NCBI RefSeq assembly: GCF_001194135.2
Contig: NC_069001.1
Coordinates: 37,144,060 to 37,182,754 of the forward strand
Reading direction: 5' to 3'
Source of the DNA: Octopus bimaculoides
Taxonomy: Eukaryota
Length of the DNA: 38,695 bases
A program made the position numbers and the translations under genes. Below are positions 10,903 through 21,727 of this stretch, piece by piece (the first letter of the stretch is position 1; each line of letters opens with the position of its first letter). The notes under the pieces were generated by a model. It saw nothing but the letters and a program-made list of their open reading frames with translations. It ran no database searches and had not been told where the DNA came from.

Positions 10903-11584
10903 NNNNNNNNNNNNNNNNNNNNNNNNNNNNNNNNNNNNNNNNNNNNNNNNNNNNNNNNNNNNNNNNNNNNNNNNNNNNNNNNNNNNNNNNNNNNNNNNNN
11001 NNNNNNNNNNNNNNNNNNNNNNNNNNNNNNNNNNNNNNNNNNNNNNNNNNNNNNNNNNNNNNNNNNNNNNNNNNNNNNNNNNNNNNNNNNNNNNNNNNNN
11101 NNNNNNNNNNNNNNNNNNNNNNNNNNNNNNNNNNNNNNNNNNNNNNNNNNNNNNNNNNNNNNNNNNNNNNNNNNNNNNNNNNNNNNNNNNNNNNNNNNNN
11201 NNNNNNNNNNNNNNNNNNNNNNNNNNNNNNNNNNNNNNNNNNNNNNNNNNNNNNNNNNNNNNNNNNNNNNNNNNNNNNNNNNNNNNNNNNNNNNNNNNNN
11301 NNNNNNNNNNNNNNNNNNNNNNNNNNNNNNNNNNNNNNNNNNNNNNNNNNNNNNNNNNNNNNNNNNNNNNNNNNNNNNNNNNNNNNNNNNNNNNNNNNNN
11401 NNNNNNNNNNNNNNNNNNNNNNNNNNNNNNNNNNNNNNNNNNNNNNNNNNNNNNNNNNNNNNNNNNNNNNNNNNNNNNNNNNNNNNNNNNNNNNNNNNNN
11501 NNNNNNNNNNNNNNNNNNNNNNNNNNNNNNNNNNNNNNNNNNNNNNNNNNNNNNNNNNNNNNNNNNNNNNNNNNNNNNNNNNNN
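10903..11584. other. Assembly gap (further gaps: 14495-14538, 15831-16324, 16849-16948, 29100-29122, 31210-31651, 33027-33350)
   Basis: Runs of N. Confidence 1.
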
Positions 11585-11664
11585 GCTTTACATCTGCCAA
11601 GTTCTTTTGTGAAAAATTAAATTAAAAAACAAAAAGAAAAGCAATACATTTTACTCGAGAAAAT

Positions 11665-12555
11665 TCAAAAACAAAAGCTTGAAATACACTCGAGGAGTTT
11701 CTCAAACAAATTACAATTCTCATATCTCTTGCGCCACATAAACTCGCAGAGATACAAGTCAATGGTAGAACTTTTGGTTCCACAGCGTTGTTTTCTCCCT
11801 CGTTTTAAAGGGATTCTTGTGTTTTCCACTAGTTTCATATGGGTACTACCTTCTGAGTTAACAAACTCCACACTGTGGTTCACTGTTCTATAACGCAACG
11901 CATAATCATCAATTTTAAGAATGGGAGAATAGGATTCCCAAATGTCACTGAAAATTGTGGTTCCTGGAAGAATTGACTGACGTATGCATTCCTCTAGTGT
12001 GTCGCGATTCAGACATGATGCCGCATAAAGGAAAACATCCTTGGTCTCGCGACACACTCCTCCGAATACCCACTGCTCAGGTAGCAAACTTCTTCGGTTA
12101 CATTTACCTCTTGAGAAGACTATTTTGTCTAAGTCAACAGTCTTCCCAGGACCACCTATCTGAACTGGGTGGCGAAGCAAGTCCTCTGCACATATTTCAC
12201 GAACATAGCTGTTGTAATCAACAATTGTGCTGTGCTTCATCCCCAGTTCTTCAACACAAAAATGGACTGAAGTCAATTCCTTGGACCATGAGTAAAGGAA
12301 AAGCACTACAGTCCTAAGAGGAAGAGTCCTTCCTTCCAACCATGTACCTCTTCTGACAGAAATACACACACAGCATCCTTTTTGGGAGCATCGCCAATAA
12401 ACCTTCCCATGAACCATCTTTTTCCTCATATAGTGTTTGTTTGCACATAATTTCCTTTTAGGGATAATACCCTTTTCTTGTAAATAAGAAACCACATCCT
12501 CCTCAGTTTTCAATTTCTCCATCAGACTTGAAAGGTTAGAGTTGGCTGTGGCCAT
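11665..12555 (-). CDS. Merlin/IS1595 (ISXO2-like) DDE transposase-derived ORF, 296 aa from the probable ATG at 12555 (323 aa from the upstream start in the ORF track)
   Basis: N-terminal C..H / WRC....C zinc-ribbon-like motif; IGGPGKTVDLD, QWVFGG, TTIFSDIWESY, TVNHS..FV, H..LVEN and YLCEFMWRKRY match Merlin transposase motifs. No stops or frameshifts. Confidence 0.88.
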   Translation of the reverse strand: MATANSNLSSLMEKLKTEEDVVSYLQEKGIIPKRKLCANKHYMRKKMVHGKVYWRCSQKGCCVCISVRRGTWLEGRTLPLRTVVLFLYSWSKELTSVHFCVEELGMKHSTIVDYNSYVREICAEDLLRHPVQIGGPGKTVDLDKIVFSRGKCNRRSLLPEQWVFGGVCRETKDVFLYAASCLNRDTLEECIRQSILPGTTIFSDIWESYSPILKIDDYALRYRTVNHSVEFVNSEGSTHMKLVENTRIPLKRGRKQRCGTKSSTIDLYLCEFMWRKRYENCNLFEKLLECISSFCF

Positions 12556-13668
12556 ACTTCTATTTAGTTTGAAAAGATCCAGGAAAACACACAGTTCAAA
12601 ATTATGAAAATGAGGTAGTGACAGGACAGCAACCAATAATGAGTTTCACAAAAAAAAAACGCAGAGGTGAAAATAATGGTCAGAAAATAGGAACTCGTCA
12701 AAGAAAACAGACAAGTGTGGTAGTAGTTTTAAGCAGAATACAGCTCGAAACAATAGAAAACTGTGACAGCAACAGAAAAGATTCTATATTCTTTTACTAT
12801 GTGTCTTTTATCCTCTGAAAACGATGTTTATGCCAACATAATCTGATTTTCTGAAAGAGAGAAAAAATGGAAGATATAAAGAGTAGGCAAGAGAAATTGA
12901 ACAGCAGAAATTTCATAGCAATAAATAACAATGAATACACACCAGGCCCAGGCCATCAGTAATTACTCAGGGTAGGCAGTTGGCTCCCTTTATATAGTAA
13001 AACACGAAAAAATAAGTGAAACACAGGCGCATGATTTACTTCTGCTTTTATAGCACGTATAGAAAATGGTGTTGTAGGAATGCACACAGCACATGTATTA
13101 CATCAGTACTATGTCTAGCTTAAATACTGAGATTGAAAAGCTGGGGTGAATTATGCCTACCTAATCTACAAAAAAAATTAAACACTTTGCATTTTGTGCA
13201 TAGTAATCAGAGTAACCTTCATAATTTTATGGAATTAGATGCATATTTTGCCATAAAAGGAAAATGTTGCTATCAATTTATTTTATTCAGGTGGCACATC
13301 CCTGCCACATACTAAGCCAACTGAATGACATTAGAAATAAGTTCACAGAAGCTATATCACTGACACTTTCACATGGAGATCTTTTGGGAAAAGTCTGTCT
13401 TAAATTTTTTCCCCAGCTGAATTACTTATGTTTATGTGTGTATGTATGCATACTTGCGTATGTATGTGTTTATGCACATGGGCATAGAACACATACAAAA
13501 AAAACAACAACAAAAATCAGAGGGGTCGCTTTCGTCAGACTCGCCTTTTTTTAATGTTATGATTTTAAAATAAAGACATTTCAAATTGTTCGGGATGTTA
13601 AAAAAGTAAATAAAAATCAAGAGGAAGATAGTGAAGAGACAAAAGTCAACATGAATACTGGACGGTCT

Positions 13669-13846
13669 TTCATTCTGTTGCTTCAGCCATTTGACCGCAG
13701 TCGAGCAAATGGACCCCAGGACTTATTCTTTGTAAGCCTAGTACTTATTCTATCGTTTACTTTCGCAGAACCGCTAAGTTAAGGGCATGTAAACACACCA
13801 GCATCGGTTGTCAAGCGATGTGCGGGGGGGGGGGGAACAAACACAG
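13669..13846 (-). mobile_element. SINE family C, 3' half
   Basis: ggacttattctttgtaagcctagtacttattctatcg..ggttgtcaagcgatg is the reverse complement of the family C tail. Confidence 0.7.
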
Positions 13847-14148
13847 TTGACAAGACAAAACGTGTTCACGAAAATTACCGAGTTCTTTTGTTGACAAAAT
13901 TCGAGTCATATCGAAATTATGCCAAATTACCAAAGAAACTGGTGCCGCTGCAGAATTTTATTAAAAAATATGCAATATAAAGAAACAGCTGGGTATCTAT
14001 AACTTGGCTACTATCTTTAGCAGATCAAACATCCACATAGAGCAGCCAAAGCCCAAATCATGCCACTCAAAAGCAGCGTTGAATTATTTCGAAATATTAA
14101 CCGCAACATCACCAAGGAAGTAAATTGTAATTCAAAGGGAAAATTAGG

Positions 14149-14318
14149 GTACTACTTAAATGCAGAGGTCCCGACGTATCGACATAAAGGGTAGGTGATC
14201 TAGTTTGGTAGATTTTTGTACGCTGTGTGGACGTTTAATGACACCCTAACCCTAACGAGAGTGTACTGTAAAAACATCGTTACGAAGATGCACCGGGACC
14301 TCTGTATTTGGTAGTGCC
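14149..14318. mobile_element. Merlin-type MITE (170 bp) with a perfect 8-bp TSD
   Basis: Left end GGTACTACttaaatgcagaggtccc; right end (reverse complement) GGCACTACcaaatacagaggtccc. AAAATTAG occurs at 14141-14148 and 14319-14326. Internal ccctaaccctaa. Confidence 0.8.
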
Positions 14319-15239
14319 AAAATTAGTTACTATTTGATGCAGGGACTCGTTATTTAGACCCAGATTAGCCGTGATTCAACAGATCTATAACAAGTAGGTT
14401 GTTCTATCTATTGATTTTCGAGGAAAAGACGGATGAATTAAAATAAAATAACATTCTTTAAAAAATACCTCATATAATAATAACTATAGTAGCTNNNNNN
14501 NNNNNNNNNNNNNNNNNNNNNNNNNNNNNNNNNNNNNNACTGAAACTAATAGTTTCTTGAAAAACGTATTAGATAAATACTTTCCTTCGTGGTTCACTAA
14601 GGTATAACTGGTACGGGGGGGCGGGGGCGATGTTGGATGTTCATTGGTTAGTTTTGGTCATGTGGCAAGATGTCTAGCAACGTTCAAGAAACACGACGTA
14701 TTTTCAAAATGGGAAATATATAAAAATAAATGAGAGTTCAGTGAAGTACCGAATAGAAAAGCAATGGTCGTTTATTTTATAAAGAAAAAACGAAAACATT
14801 TAGGTAACTTAAAATTTTTGCTCATTCGAATGAATGAACAGAAATTTAGAAAATGTGCGATTTATTTGCTGTCGCTTCGTTTCACATTGTCACAAATACT
14901 TCCCTGCCTAGCAACCGCGTGTTTATAAACGATTACTTCGTTGATCCACATGAAATACAAACAAAGAATATTAAATTTACATCTTTTCCGCATTGCTATT
15001 AACTTTTACACCATTTTCTCGTATAGTCCTTTTGTGTGTGTGGTTTCTAAATACTTCTAAGCTGCCAAAATCCTTTAGGGCCATAATTGGACGGACGTGA
15101 TGACAGTGATGTCTGATAACCTGATGGGAAGAATTAATGTAACGTAGCTAATGCATAGAACGTACTTATACAAGCTTATTTTATACTAGCAGTTATACCT
15201 TATGTTGCTCGGGATTAAAATGGCACAGGTTGTTTTTTG

Positions 15240-15440
15240 TTTTTTTTTCGGACAAGTGACTGCGGTCATGTTGGAGCCACCACCTTTAGTCGAAGAAATC
15301 GATCTCTTGATTTATTCTTTGTAAGCCTAGTACTTATTCTATCGGTGAGTTTTGCCAAAAGTGTAAGTTACGGGCATGCAAATACAGCAACAGCGGTTGT
15401 CAAGCGATGGTGGGGGTACCAACACAGACACACATAAACA
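15240..15440 (-). mobile_element. SINE family C, 3' half
   Basis: ttattctttgtaagcctagtacttattctatcgg..ggttgtcaagcgatggtggggg. Confidence 0.7.
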
Positions 15441-15489
15441 CTGGCTGACTGGCCAGATTGCTAACTTGCCCGAAGACAAGTGGACTCCT

Positions 15490-15740
15490 GTCATATAGGA
15501 GTTCTCATGAACAGCTAATCTTAAACTCCTCTGTCATGGCCTGATGAATAAGAGAGAGATGAGGATTGAGCCTTGATGAATACCTAACTTCACACTAAAT
15601 ACAATACTGAACTCATTATTGACTCACTTTACTTACTACATCATTGTACAACCCCCACAAGCATTCATCTATACCTAGTTTCTTAGTGCCCACCACATTA
15701 GCAGAGCGTGACACCCTGTCAAAAGCCAAATGTACCACCT
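15490..15740 (-). pseudogene. Decayed RTE reverse-transcriptase fragment
   Basis: Minus strand with frameshifts reads AFDRVSRS..WWALRKLGIDE..VKLGIHQGSIL..QAMTEEFKISC.*ELLY, the region just before YADD. Same family as 27011-27495. Confidence 0.7.
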
Positions 15741-16411
15741 TCCTATACTAGTACCACATTGGAAATCTGTTAAGTCACTCTTCCTCAAGAGTGACCAGTG
15801 AGCAAAATAATCTCTCTTCTGCTGGTACCANNNNNNNNNNNNNNNNNNNNNNNNNNNNNNNNNNNNNNNNNNNNNNNNNNNNNNNNNNNNNNNNNNNNNN
15901 NNNNNNNNNNNNNNNNNNNNNNNNNNNNNNNNNNNNNNNNNNNNNNNNNNNNNNNNNNNNNNNNNNNNNNNNNNNNNNNNNNNNNNNNNNNNNNNNNNNN
16001 NNNNNNNNNNNNNNNNNNNNNNNNNNNNNNNNNNNNNNNNNNNNNNNNNNNNNNNNNNNNNNNNNNNNNNNNNNNNNNNNNNNNNNNNNNNNNNNNNNNN
16101 NNNNNNNNNNNNNNNNNNNNNNNNNNNNNNNNNNNNNNNNNNNNNNNNNNNNNNNNNNNNNNNNNNNNNNNNNNNNNNNNNNNNNNNNNNNNNNNNNNNN
16201 NNNNNNNNNNNNNNNNNNNNNNNNNNNNNNNNNNNNNNNNNNNNNNNNNNNNNNNNNNNNNNNNNNNNNNNNNNNNNNNNNNNNNNNNNNNNNNNNNNNN
16301 NNNNNNNNNNNNNNNNNNNNNNNNCCAACAACGTCAAATTCAGATAAGGTGCCTTTTCACTTTTTCAAAATATGCTGAATAAATTAGTTAAGACCATTCT
16401 GAAACAATGCT

Positions 16412-16417
16412 TTTATT
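16412..16417 (-). promoter_or_regulatory. Candidate polyadenylation signal of ZNF-B
   Basis: Minus strand ttAATAAAagcattgtttc, homologous to the 552-557 context. Confidence 0.5.
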
Positions 16418-16644
16418 AAAAATTTCATAGTGTATATTATTTCACTGTTGTGGATGTAATTTCAGTTTTATAAAACAGTGTTGAGAGGTCCTCATTACCA
16501 TGTTTAATCATATTTCCTGTAAGGATATATTTACAGTTATATGAAGTAGTTTTTATATGGATCGACTTGAAATTGATGGTTGCTTTTCTGTATGAATAAA
16601 CACATGAACAATTGCTTCTTTGAAAGGTGTACTTGTCACAGATA

Positions 16645-16848
<204 letters not shown>

Positions 16849-17101
16849 NNNNNNNNNNNNNNNNNNNNNNNNNNNNNNNNNNNNNNNNNNNNNNNNNNNN
16901 NNNNNNNNNNNNNNNNNNNNNNNNNNNNNNNNNNNNNNNNNNNNNNNNTAGTGGTTTCCACGGCGTCGACTAATTACGAATTTATACACGTACGAAAAGT
17001 ATTGACTTTCTTGACTTTCATTCATATATACGTGTGTGTGTGTCTATACATGCACGTGTGTGCGTATCCCTGTCGATTTACAAAGGAATACGATGGGTTC
17101 T

Positions 17102-17320
17102 AAATCAGCATCATTGTCTCACTGTCCTACAAGTTGTTTGGTTCCAGTCTTCTGTAAAAGAAACCTGTCAAGCTATGGGGAAAACATCACCTTGCTTGGA
17201 AAGAGGTGAAGGTCAGTGGAAAGAGGTGAAGGTCAGTGACAGGAAAGGCTATTGAAAATCAGCATCAACAACTTCCGTGTGACCTATGCAAGCATGGAAA
17301 AGTGTATTTTAAATGATGAG
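17102..17320 (+). mobile_element. Degenerate SINE with an RTE-like tail
   Basis: ggaaaacatcaccttgcttggaa..ggtcagtgacaggaaagg..gacctatgcaagcatggaaaag..taaatgatga. Contains a 20-bp tandem duplication (ggaaagaggtgaaggtcagt). Confidence 0.45.
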
Positions 17321-17344
17321 GTTATCCCTACAACTATACAGTAG

Positions 17345-17345
<1 letters not shown>

Positions 17346-17387
<42 letters not shown>
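17346..17387. repeat. (TA)n microsatellite
   Basis: Direct inspection. Confidence 0.95.
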
Positions 17388-17389
<2 letters not shown>

Positions 17390-19436
17390 TACGATAAGAA
17401 AGTACACAGTAAGGTGAAGAGCAAGAAAGCTATCACGTTTTGGTCGGATACTGCAGATACGCAAGTACTAAATCCAATTTAAACCGTAAATCCGACTCTG
17501 AGATTGGTTCCAGTTGTGGCATGGGGTTTGAAATTTATGACAGCTGTTTCGGTAAAAGTTTATTGATGTATTCATAGATTAGATCCTAACATAATTACGT
17601 AAGTCACCATCCTGAAGTAAAATTTTAAAACAGGTATGATGTCAAGTTTGTGAGGTTTAATACATCAAACCATGACAAACCCATCGTTGTTGGATTCGAC
17701 AGGTTTCTGAAATCGACACCGTCCCTGTTTAAAATTTTAGCTGAAGATGGTTAATTTATATCATGTAGTTTATGACAATAAGAATCTACCGAAACAATTT
17801 TGTCGTAAATTTCAAACCTCATTTCTGTTCTCTGTATATACAAACACGAATATATATTTAAAGCTAAAAAGTGTTGAATAAATCAGAATGACACGTTTTT
17901 TTTTTAAATGCTGAATCGCGAAAAGATGATGCTGTAACTTCAGATCAGTATTCCACGTGGATTTTCTACATAACTTTGTGGATTATGATTATGTGGATAA
18001 TTTATTTCAAAGAGCTTTCTTGAGAGGAGTTCCTAATCATTTCGTTTGTCTCTCCACTTCCATACCACCAATTTGAGTTTTTTTGTTTGTTTTTTTGGAG
18101 GGGGAGGATAAACATATGCTTGAAACATCAACATTACGTAATTTACATTCTCGAAAATGTATTTCTGCAAAATGTCATTTAAAAACATGCACTTTAAAGA
18201 AGAATTAAAATTCCTCGGATAAAACTATCCGAAACTTATCAACCCACATATACAAAATTTACCAGAATTTTTATCATTACTATCGTAATCGACACTTTCG
18301 AAAACAATGCCAGCAAAATATGTATTTTTCGGGAAATTTATGCAGAAATAAAGTCGATAGGCTGGGGCACGAAACTGTAGTAAAGCAGCATTAAAAATAT
18401 AAGCATATACCAAAATATGTTGACTTAGCAGCATCTACATTTGATGGAAAATCTAGCTATTATTTTTTCTTCTTCTAGAATAATTAACAATTCATGAACA
18501 CGATCGTAATCTATACATCGGAAAATGTTGATCCGCAAAATTTCGTTCGAAGAGTTTTTGAAAAAGTTACGAGGAAAGAAACTAGGGCGATGGAGGTGAC
18601 TAAGTTGTAGGTATGCCATTTTGGCTACTATTTCTAGCAAACTAAACATCCCTAAGTCCTAACCGAGCATTATATAAAAGGCAGATTATTATATTAAAGA
18701 AAAACAAATATCATTGATGAACGAAGAAATGACATTTCAGTGGAAATAATATTAAGCTAAAATGATACCTCGTATAATTTTAGTTGAGTAATGCCGATGT
18801 TTGAATTGGTAGAAAAGTAGCTTGGTCTCTATTAGTTTCCAGTTGTTGGTTAAGAAATGTCGTAGATTGTTTATGTGTGTGTAAGTAGTGGACGTCAAAA
18901 TAAATGGTTAATTGTATATTGTCAATGGAATTGGGCTCACAGAACACTGTCTTAGAGAAAACCCAGCAACACTGGAATCGTATGAAATAAATAAGTCTTT
19001 ACTGAGCATCATAATGGAATAATGGTAACTTATTGTTCGGGAATAAAAGCGGAAGTTGAATTATTTGGAATTTCATTGGTCAACTGGTAAGACTGGGGTG
19101 TTAGTCTTTTCAAATGTCTTTTAATACATATATGTGAGTGTGTGTTTATCTTTTCTCTTTGTCTCAGTCGATATTCACCCTCATACGTTTATATAATTTT
19201 TCATCTCATCCGTAACCGAAACTTTGTTGTGTAAGAATGTAATGGCTGTCCCTTGCGATGTCCCCTCTATGTGTACCTTTTATAGGTTAATAAAGAAATT
19301 CTTTGTCTCAGTCGTCGTACTGCGGCCAAGCTGGGCACTGCCTTGATGGTATTACTATTATTAAAGCCTCGCAATTATTCTTAACTAGTGGTTTCCAACC
19401 TTTGGTAGACAAAGGGATCTGTTCAGTTTGGCGCAC

Positions 19437-19698
19437 AGATTTTTAAATTAATTTGTTTTTAACTAAACAGTTTGAAACTTCGTATACTAGTGTAATGTCT
19501 CACGCAGAACAGTTTACTGTGAACGTTTCTGACAAAATTTGGTATTTTAGAAGTTATTGGGTGTTAAATTTGTCGTATTTCGGTAATTTCAATCAATCAA
19601 CAACGTGTATTCGATTGAAGAAAGTCACTGCTGTTTGCGATAGTAATCGAAGAGAAACAACTTCCGGGTCTTCTCAACTAAACGTCACCACTCTGTTC
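19437..19698. repeat. Left inner arm of a long inverted repeat (partner 20443-20692)
   Basis: aactaaacagtttgaaacttcgtatactag..aacaacttccgggtc..accactctgttc is the reverse complement of 20443-20692. Confidence 0.9.
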
Positions 19699-20129
19699 CA
19701 TTTGTATGCCGAGCGAAGACAATGCCACCTTTATCCTTTCTAGTCAGCACCGTGCATTCCTACCTCTTTCTCTCCCATCTACACTATCAACAAGTAACCA
19801 GCGAGCGAACTTGTCACTGCCACTACAATTACCGTATTTTCCGCTATTTGTTTTGTTTTACCTTCATGTTTTGGTAATGTTATTTTTTATCTTATAAAGA
19901 CTTTTATATTGACGAAATGTGTTCGTTGTAGATGATAAAATCATGATAATAACAATATAATCTCATAGTTGAAAAATAAGGTATTTTGAAACTACATACG
20001 CGTCAACAACAAAAAAGCTAGCTGCGGATTCGTAGCTCTATAGGTCTTTTAAACACCGGTGCGCTTTATGTGTGGATAAAACACTGATGTTGGGCAAAAG
20101 AATAAATATCTGTAAATAATATTTCTCTC

Positions 20130-20328
20130 GGTACTACTAAAGCAGCGCGGACCCGAACGCGCAGCCGCGCTAGCTAGTCTTGAGTGGTCGATCCTAACCC
20201 TAACCCTATCCCTAAACCGCGTGTGCAAATGAATACGTGTTTAGGGTTAGGGTTAGGATCGACCACTGACGACTAGCTAGCGCGGACGCGCGACTGCGCG
20301 TTCGGGTCCGCGCTGCTTTAGTAGTACC
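20130..20328. mobile_element. Merlin-type palindromic MITE (199 bp) with telomeric repeats in both arms
   Basis: Perfect 35-bp terminal IR GGTACTACTAAAGCAGCGCGGACCCGAACGCGCAG, extending imperfectly to about 90 bp. TSD tttctctc (20122-29) / tttctttc (20329-36). CCCTAA and TTAGGG tracts inside. Confidence 0.85.
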
Positions 20329-20442
20329 TTTCTTTCTTCTTGATGTTGATTCCTCGATTTTTACTGGTTAATCCGACGCGAGAACAAAAAAAAAAAAAAA
20401 GCAAGTAATCTGCAACACAGGCAGTAAACAAAAAATAACGTA

Positions 20443-20692
20443 GAACAGAGTGGTGACCCGGAAGTTGTTCCTCTTCGCTTACTATCGCAAACAGCAGCAG
20501 CTGTCTTCAACTGAATACACATCGTTGATTGGTTGAAATTACCCAAATACGACAACTTTAACACGAAATAACTTCTAAAATACCAAATTTTCTCAAAATT
20601 GTTTACAGTAAACTGTTGTCTGCGTGAGACATTTCACCAGTATACGAAGTTTCAAACTGTTTAGTTAAAAAAAAAAAAAAAATTAAAAATCT
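20443..20692. repeat. Right inner arm of the long inverted repeat; contains ETS-type CCGGAAGT (20458-20465)
   Basis: Reverse complement of 19437-19698, where acttccgg lies at 19660-19667. Confidence 0.9.
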
Positions 20693-21112
20693 CCTCACGT
20701 GACCTAAAACTAAATAATAAAAATCCAATGATTCTATCTTCGCTCAGTGAAATATGTCTAAATATTATACCGTTTGTTATTTACGGAAAGGACCATACTT
20801 TCTGCTGTGTTCTGTGAACTAAATTCTTCTTGTATTCAGCTTAACATCGACCTACAATTGATGTAGAAACAACATTTCTTCCCCATCAATCGGAAGCTAA
20901 AAATAGACATCCACCAATTCAAACGTAGTCGTTACTTAACTAGAATTACACGAGGTAATTCAACTAACTTTTCTTCGTTCATCAATAAGTGAATCTTGTT
21001 TTTGTTTAATAACTCTACTTTTTCTTGATTTGATCACTCACGAATGAGCCTGGACAATACAGCAGCAACAACTGGCTATGTACACGACCGTCAACTCAAA
21101 TAGGATTTACCT

Positions 21113-21125
21113 GTTGCTAAGCAAC
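21113..21125. promoter_or_regulatory. Palindromic RFX/X-box-like site upstream of ZNF-C
   Basis: GTTGC-TAA-GCAAC resembles the RFX consensus GTTGCY-N-RGCAAC. Confidence 0.4.
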
Positions 21126-21189
21126 TGCGAATGATCTGTCTGGGCAGAGAGCCGAATGTTTTCGTCCATTATTGTGTAGTTCAACATTT

Positions 21190-21298
21190 ATAATCCCTTC
21201 TAGTAAAGGCCCAAGGCCTGAAATTTGTGGGGGAGGGGACAAGTTGATTACATCGACACCAGTGTTTCGCTGGTACTTAGTTTATCGACCCCGATAAA
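21190..21298 (-). mobile_element. SINE family B, 3' part
   Basis: ggcccaaggcctgaaatttg..gattacatcgacaccagtg..ctggtacttagtttatcgaccccg is the reverse complement of 37280-37385. Confidence 0.65.
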
Positions 21299-21727
21299 CT
21301 AAGTAGTCATTACTTAAACAATTCCTCATCTCTCAAATATAGAACTGTAATATCAGATGATGTTGGCATAATTACTTTTTCTTTAATTTCAGATGCATTA
21401 TCAATTTTTATCATTCAAAGATTAAGGGAAGACATCATAAAGAACAGATATAATATCTTTTATGTAAATTTATGGTTAAATTACTGAGAGATATTTTCTG
21501 AGTGAAATTAATAACAAAAGTTATTGTTATTCACTGCTTGGAATATGTACAATAGTATTTTAGATTTAATAAGATTTGAGGAAATTTAGAATAAGATAAG
21601 GGACATCAACAAATATTGATGAAGATAACAGTTGCAGTTATATAACAGCAGAAATATTTGTAGGAATATACTATATAATATAAAACAATGTAGAAGATAA
21701 CATGCATATATTGAAGAGAGAGAAAAA

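Noticed and set aside
10760-11625. Long ORFs at 10760-11625, 15675-16382, 31081-31662 and 33015-33374
   Set aside because: They consist mostly of N gap translated as X.
15538-15575. CTGATGA at about 15541 as a second hammerhead core
   Set aside because: No stem II or GAAA follows; it is the antisense of RTE RT coding sequence.
15745-15830. DLTDFQCGTSIG on the minus strand resembling a Tc1 N-terminus
   Set aside because: Too short and abuts a gap; cannot be supported.
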